Source: Phoronis australis (Eukaryota > Animalia > Phoronida). Taken from it: a DNA stretch of 64,000 nt. The stretch spans positions 56,553 to 120,552 of the forward strand of contig NMRA01000850.1 of assembly GCA_002633005.1 (NCBI GenBank). Reading direction: 5' to 3'. The notes below the pieces were generated by a model. The model had not been told where the DNA came from, ran no database searches, and was given only the letters and a program-made list of their open reading frames with translations. The stretch's first letter is position 1. Each line of letters begins with the position of its first letter. Made by a program: the position numbers and the translations under genes. Shown here piece by piece: positions 60,213 through 64,000 of the stretch.

Positions 60213-60365
60213 AAAAACAACATCGGATTTAAACCGGCTTGACATGTTTATTGAAACTCCGTCATCAGAAGAAAAAGACACAGTGGCCACCTTGCTAAGC
60301 CCATCAACGAGTAATGAAACACAGACACAGTCAGCCACAAGGAGTAACAATACACTAGACTAACG
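60213..60365 (-). mobile_element. Old solo pLTR fragment of the same Penelope family as 37975-38807
   Basis: Aligns by eye with 38008-38160 (CTTGACATGTTT, CAGTGGCCACC, AGTAATGAA.CACAGA.ACAGTCAG). Its hammerhead is degenerate: CUGAUGA is kept but GAAA has become UAAA. Confidence 0.75.
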
Positions 60366-62956
60366 ATTCAAAATTGTCATTGTCTTCCCCTTGTAGCATC
60401 CCAGTTGCACCAGCGACCTCTCCTGGTTATCTGTTGAAAACCACCAGATGGATGTTGGCCGATTGCCTACCAGATGGGCTCGAACAAAACGGCAAATATA
60501 ACTTGAAGTACAAGATGGGTACACATACCGTCAAATGGGCTAAAGTATAATGTATAGTGATACATGGGTACACACAACCTCCAACTGGGCGCTAAACAAA
60601 ATAAGGACTAGGGTTCCGGACAGGCTGAGTGAACTTACCTACCCAGTTACGGTAATGTTAATTTGTCCAGTTGCGGACAGCCTGGGTGAGCTGTACTGTA
60701 GCTGTACAGGTACATTCTTCAAGCAGGTATGAAAAAGATGGTGTTTTGGCTCGCTTATCGCCACACGGGCGTGGACGAGTAGCCCTGTCCATTGCTTTAA
60801 AGAGGTCGAAAGTAAAAATTTTCAACGACTTTAACAAATATCAATTAAATCTGTAGCATGCTGATATCACCAGAAACCAACAGAGTTCCGTGACGTATAA
60901 CTGCTTTGAAATCTGAACCTTTCGTGGAGTTCCGTGACTTATTATTCCGTGGAAATAGCCTTCCATCAAAAGAGTCCAAACGTCGATCAGAAAATAGCGA
61001 AAGCACTAATCAGGGGCCACCTATTTAATCCAGTTGGCAGCCGTGAATCTTCTTACTGAAGCAGTCAGTGAATTCAAATCGCCCATAATGCAATCATGTT
61101 TTCAAAGATGGCCGTGTATGGGGCTTTAGATATCCAATATTTCTTAGCAATTTTTAATAAACTTATGGTGACAAAGCTTTAAAACTCATTGATAAATATT
61201 TAAAGTTAACCAACTGCACAAAAAGATACGATGTGAAACCGGCTTCTACGACGGTAAAGCGAACTCCAGCAAACAAATGAGTATTTACAACTCTTTGAAA
61301 TGTTTGATAATATCCTCACCGGAGCATCATTTTGTTGAAAACTTTTGATTAGAATAAACATCCTTCCCGGAATCGGAATTTAGAAAAATAAAGGTTTTTC
61401 TCTGCTAAGTGGTAAGCAAATTAGTTAATTGCATTTTAGATGGTCAATGAACTTTACCAATTTGACAATAATTAGTTTTATGAACTAATGTACACAAGTT
61501 CTCAGGATTGGCAAATTAGTAGGTTTTTCGAGATATTCTTGGCGCCGTTCTAATCTCTTTTTCATAATTGTCAATTACTGGAAATTCATGCAGATGGAAT
61601 TAAACGTAAAAATGATCACGGCAACAATTGTGGTTTTTAGAAAAGAGTGCTTATTTCAGTTATTAGCCACAATGGGAGACACTTTGGAAAAACGACGTGA
61701 AATCTGAATACGTTTAGAATATATATAATATGCATTGCGAGGCTGTTATTTTTCGGATATAGTGTCCTAGTGGCTTTCATGGTTGTAATTTCTCCAATTT
61801 CCTCCAGAGGGGTCTCGATACAGTAGATAGTAGCCTCGCTATGGAATAATCTATTGTTCCAACATATTGAAAAATAAAGTGTACAAAAATTAGAAAACAA
61901 AATTAAAATATTCAAATTTCTCTGTGATCCACCTCGGTCATCTAATGCAGCTCTGAGATCAAACGTCCAAATGCGTGCGTCTTCTTTAGAATATGGCAAT
62001 TCCCATCACGGTTCCCCGCCAAATTGTTGTCTCCCACGGGTAATAATTGTGTGGGTTATTGCCCGGTGGCATTATTTACCCTTAAAGACTTCTTACCATG
62101 ACTCTGAGTATTAAAAATATTTTTTTAATAACTGGTGACCAGCGGGAGCGCCGCCTAAGGGATATACAAAAAGTAACAGGTCACGTGACGACAAAAACCT
62201 CGTGAGGCGGAAGCTACTGGAAGCCGCCACTGCAATTGCATAGTTTACAAAAACATTTTATATACTTTCGAAATACCTCAAGCAGGGAGGTAGGCTGGCC
62301 GAGCAGGAGCGGTGAAGATATATCATCCCTTGTGGCTGTGGGCTGGTAGAGGTCTCAAAGCACCAATGCCTCGACATTTCTGTCGCAGTTTGTCACAAAA
62401 TTCAAACATGACCTTTTTACGGATGTAACCGTTAGTAACTTTCCTGAGCAGACTGAAAAAATGGCGGTCAAATAGTTGAAAATTCTCGCTTCGATTTTTT
62501 CTTTCGAATTTGCAGTCGCAGAGAGTCCCGTGACGATTGAGATAAATCATTTTTTCAGATTTCAAGCATGTTTATGCGAAGAATACTTATAATACAATGT
62601 GCAATCTGTCTTTAAAGAAAATATTTGCCATTGCTGATATTTGATGCTTAACGCACCGTCTTGGAATCGAAATAAGGAGAAGAAACAACGTACCACGTAA
62701 GCAAAGCACATGTTACATTTGTAATACAAATAGGATAGATAAGGAGATTCATTTTTGATGCAAGTGTCCAATTTTGACAGAATTAAGAAAGTATTATCTG
62801 CAGGGTACCTATCTAAATTATTCTAAAGTTAATACATTCTTTAAGAGCACCCCTGTCCAAATTATGAACACTTTTGCAAACTTTACATCAAAAGCTATGT
62901 CAGTCAAATGATGAGTGTCTAAATTCAGTGTGTACCTGTTGACTTTTTATACATCC

Positions 62957-63090
62957 ACACACGCACACACAGATAGACAAACAGGCACACTGACAGACAC
63001 ACACACGCACACGCACATATATATTGTTGAAATGTGGTTTGGGCCGGAGGCCTTTTGAATGACAATAAAGTTCTTGATTGATTGATTGAT
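62957..63090 (+). repeat. (CA)/(GACA) microsatellite followed by a LINE/SINE-like 3' end
   Basis: AATAAAGTTC followed by a (TTGA)n tail at 63064-63090. Confidence 0.55.
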
Positions 63091-64000
63091 AAGATATCCT
63101 CGCAGTCGTAAGATGTGTATAAAACCGATTTTGGTCGCTAGGTAATATAATTTATTTTGATAACAAACCTTAGATCAGGAGAATATTCTCGTGTGATCGT
63201 TAGACATTGTCAATTTTCCGGTCAAAGTCCCATTTTGGGAATACTTGTTGGATGGAATAGATTTCTTGAAGTTATTAGCTTTGACCAGACTACAAAAAAA
63301 ACAAAATATGAGTTTTTGGGATTTCATTACAAATCTCCAATTCTCTGTGAATATTCACTGAAATCAAAACCTGTTAAATGCGCGTAAGATGCTTTTACAT
63401 AGATCAAGTGCGATTCAGCTGTGCCACAAGAGCGTTAGGCAGCAACTTCGGGGGTGCCAGATTCGACTCCGCACATATTTTGGCCGATAATCTCTCCTTA
63501 AAGCGTAGTCACAGAGGTTATTGTCATTAACGAGGAAATACGCATCTACTGCGCATTTGGTAAAATAAGGCTATAACACCACCACCCATTGGAATGCCCT
63601 TTAGATTATGAAGCAAGAAACAAATACCAACATGTAAAGTCATGTTAAATTCCTGCTCTAAACTTCTATCTTACACAAATATTTTTATTTAAACGGCATT
63701 TCGTCAGTTTGTTTCGTAGTTAAATTAGAATTTATTTCAGCTTACTCCAACGATCGGAACTGAATAGTCTAAGACTGGAGCAATAAGTGTACAATTCCGG
63801 ATACCATCCATAGTTTTAACGATGTCACTAGGAGGGGAGCGTCAAAAACGTAAAATTCAAAGTGAAATGTTGGTTAACTTACGATAAACGCGCTGATTTC
63901 CACTTATTTCACGTACTCACTGTTAACAAATAACTTTTCTTGACCAGAACATTTAGATTTGGTTCAATAGGTACACTGACGAAAACACTCAGGCAAGCAA

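Noticed and set aside
60397-60550. Possible coding exon IPVAPATSPGYLLK...WAKV*
   Set aside because: The acceptor is good, but there is no recognisable homology or in-frame upstream exon.
63420-63475. tRNA-like sequence (GATTCGACTCC)
   Set aside because: Only a B-box-like motif is present; no cloverleaf can be folded.

Overview
This is AT-rich eukaryotic genomic DNA, most consistent with a marine invertebrate animal (inferred from the gene families, GT-AG introns and transposon types; the species cannot be named). Two host genes are well supported and convergently oriented. The first is a 15-coding-exon + strand SLC5 sodium:solute symporter of the SMCT/SMVT/NIS subgroup (1599..21181); its exons splice in frame to 622 aa. 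The second is a - strand family-B 7TM receptor with an intronless CDS, an N-terminal somatomedin-B domain and a Methuselah-like juxtamembrane region (27842..30472). The rest is transposon debris: a DIRS/Ngaro-type tyrosine recombinase at the left edge, a complete-ended decayed Academ in SLC5 intron 10, several Penelope-like elements (one a young inverted-repeat insertion with two intact minimal hammerhead ribozymes), LINE remnants, THAP and P-like transposase fragments, and many MITEs, including a family with 5-bp TSDs. A 2.2-kb 'tandem duplication' abuts a single N and is probably an allelic assembly artefact. I cannot demonstrate a new biological system from the sequence alone. The best leads are the ribozyme-flanked Penelope hairpin, the SMB/Mth-like receptor architecture and a decayed divergent two-gene unit with RING/B-box-like remnants. 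All alignments and translations were done by eye.
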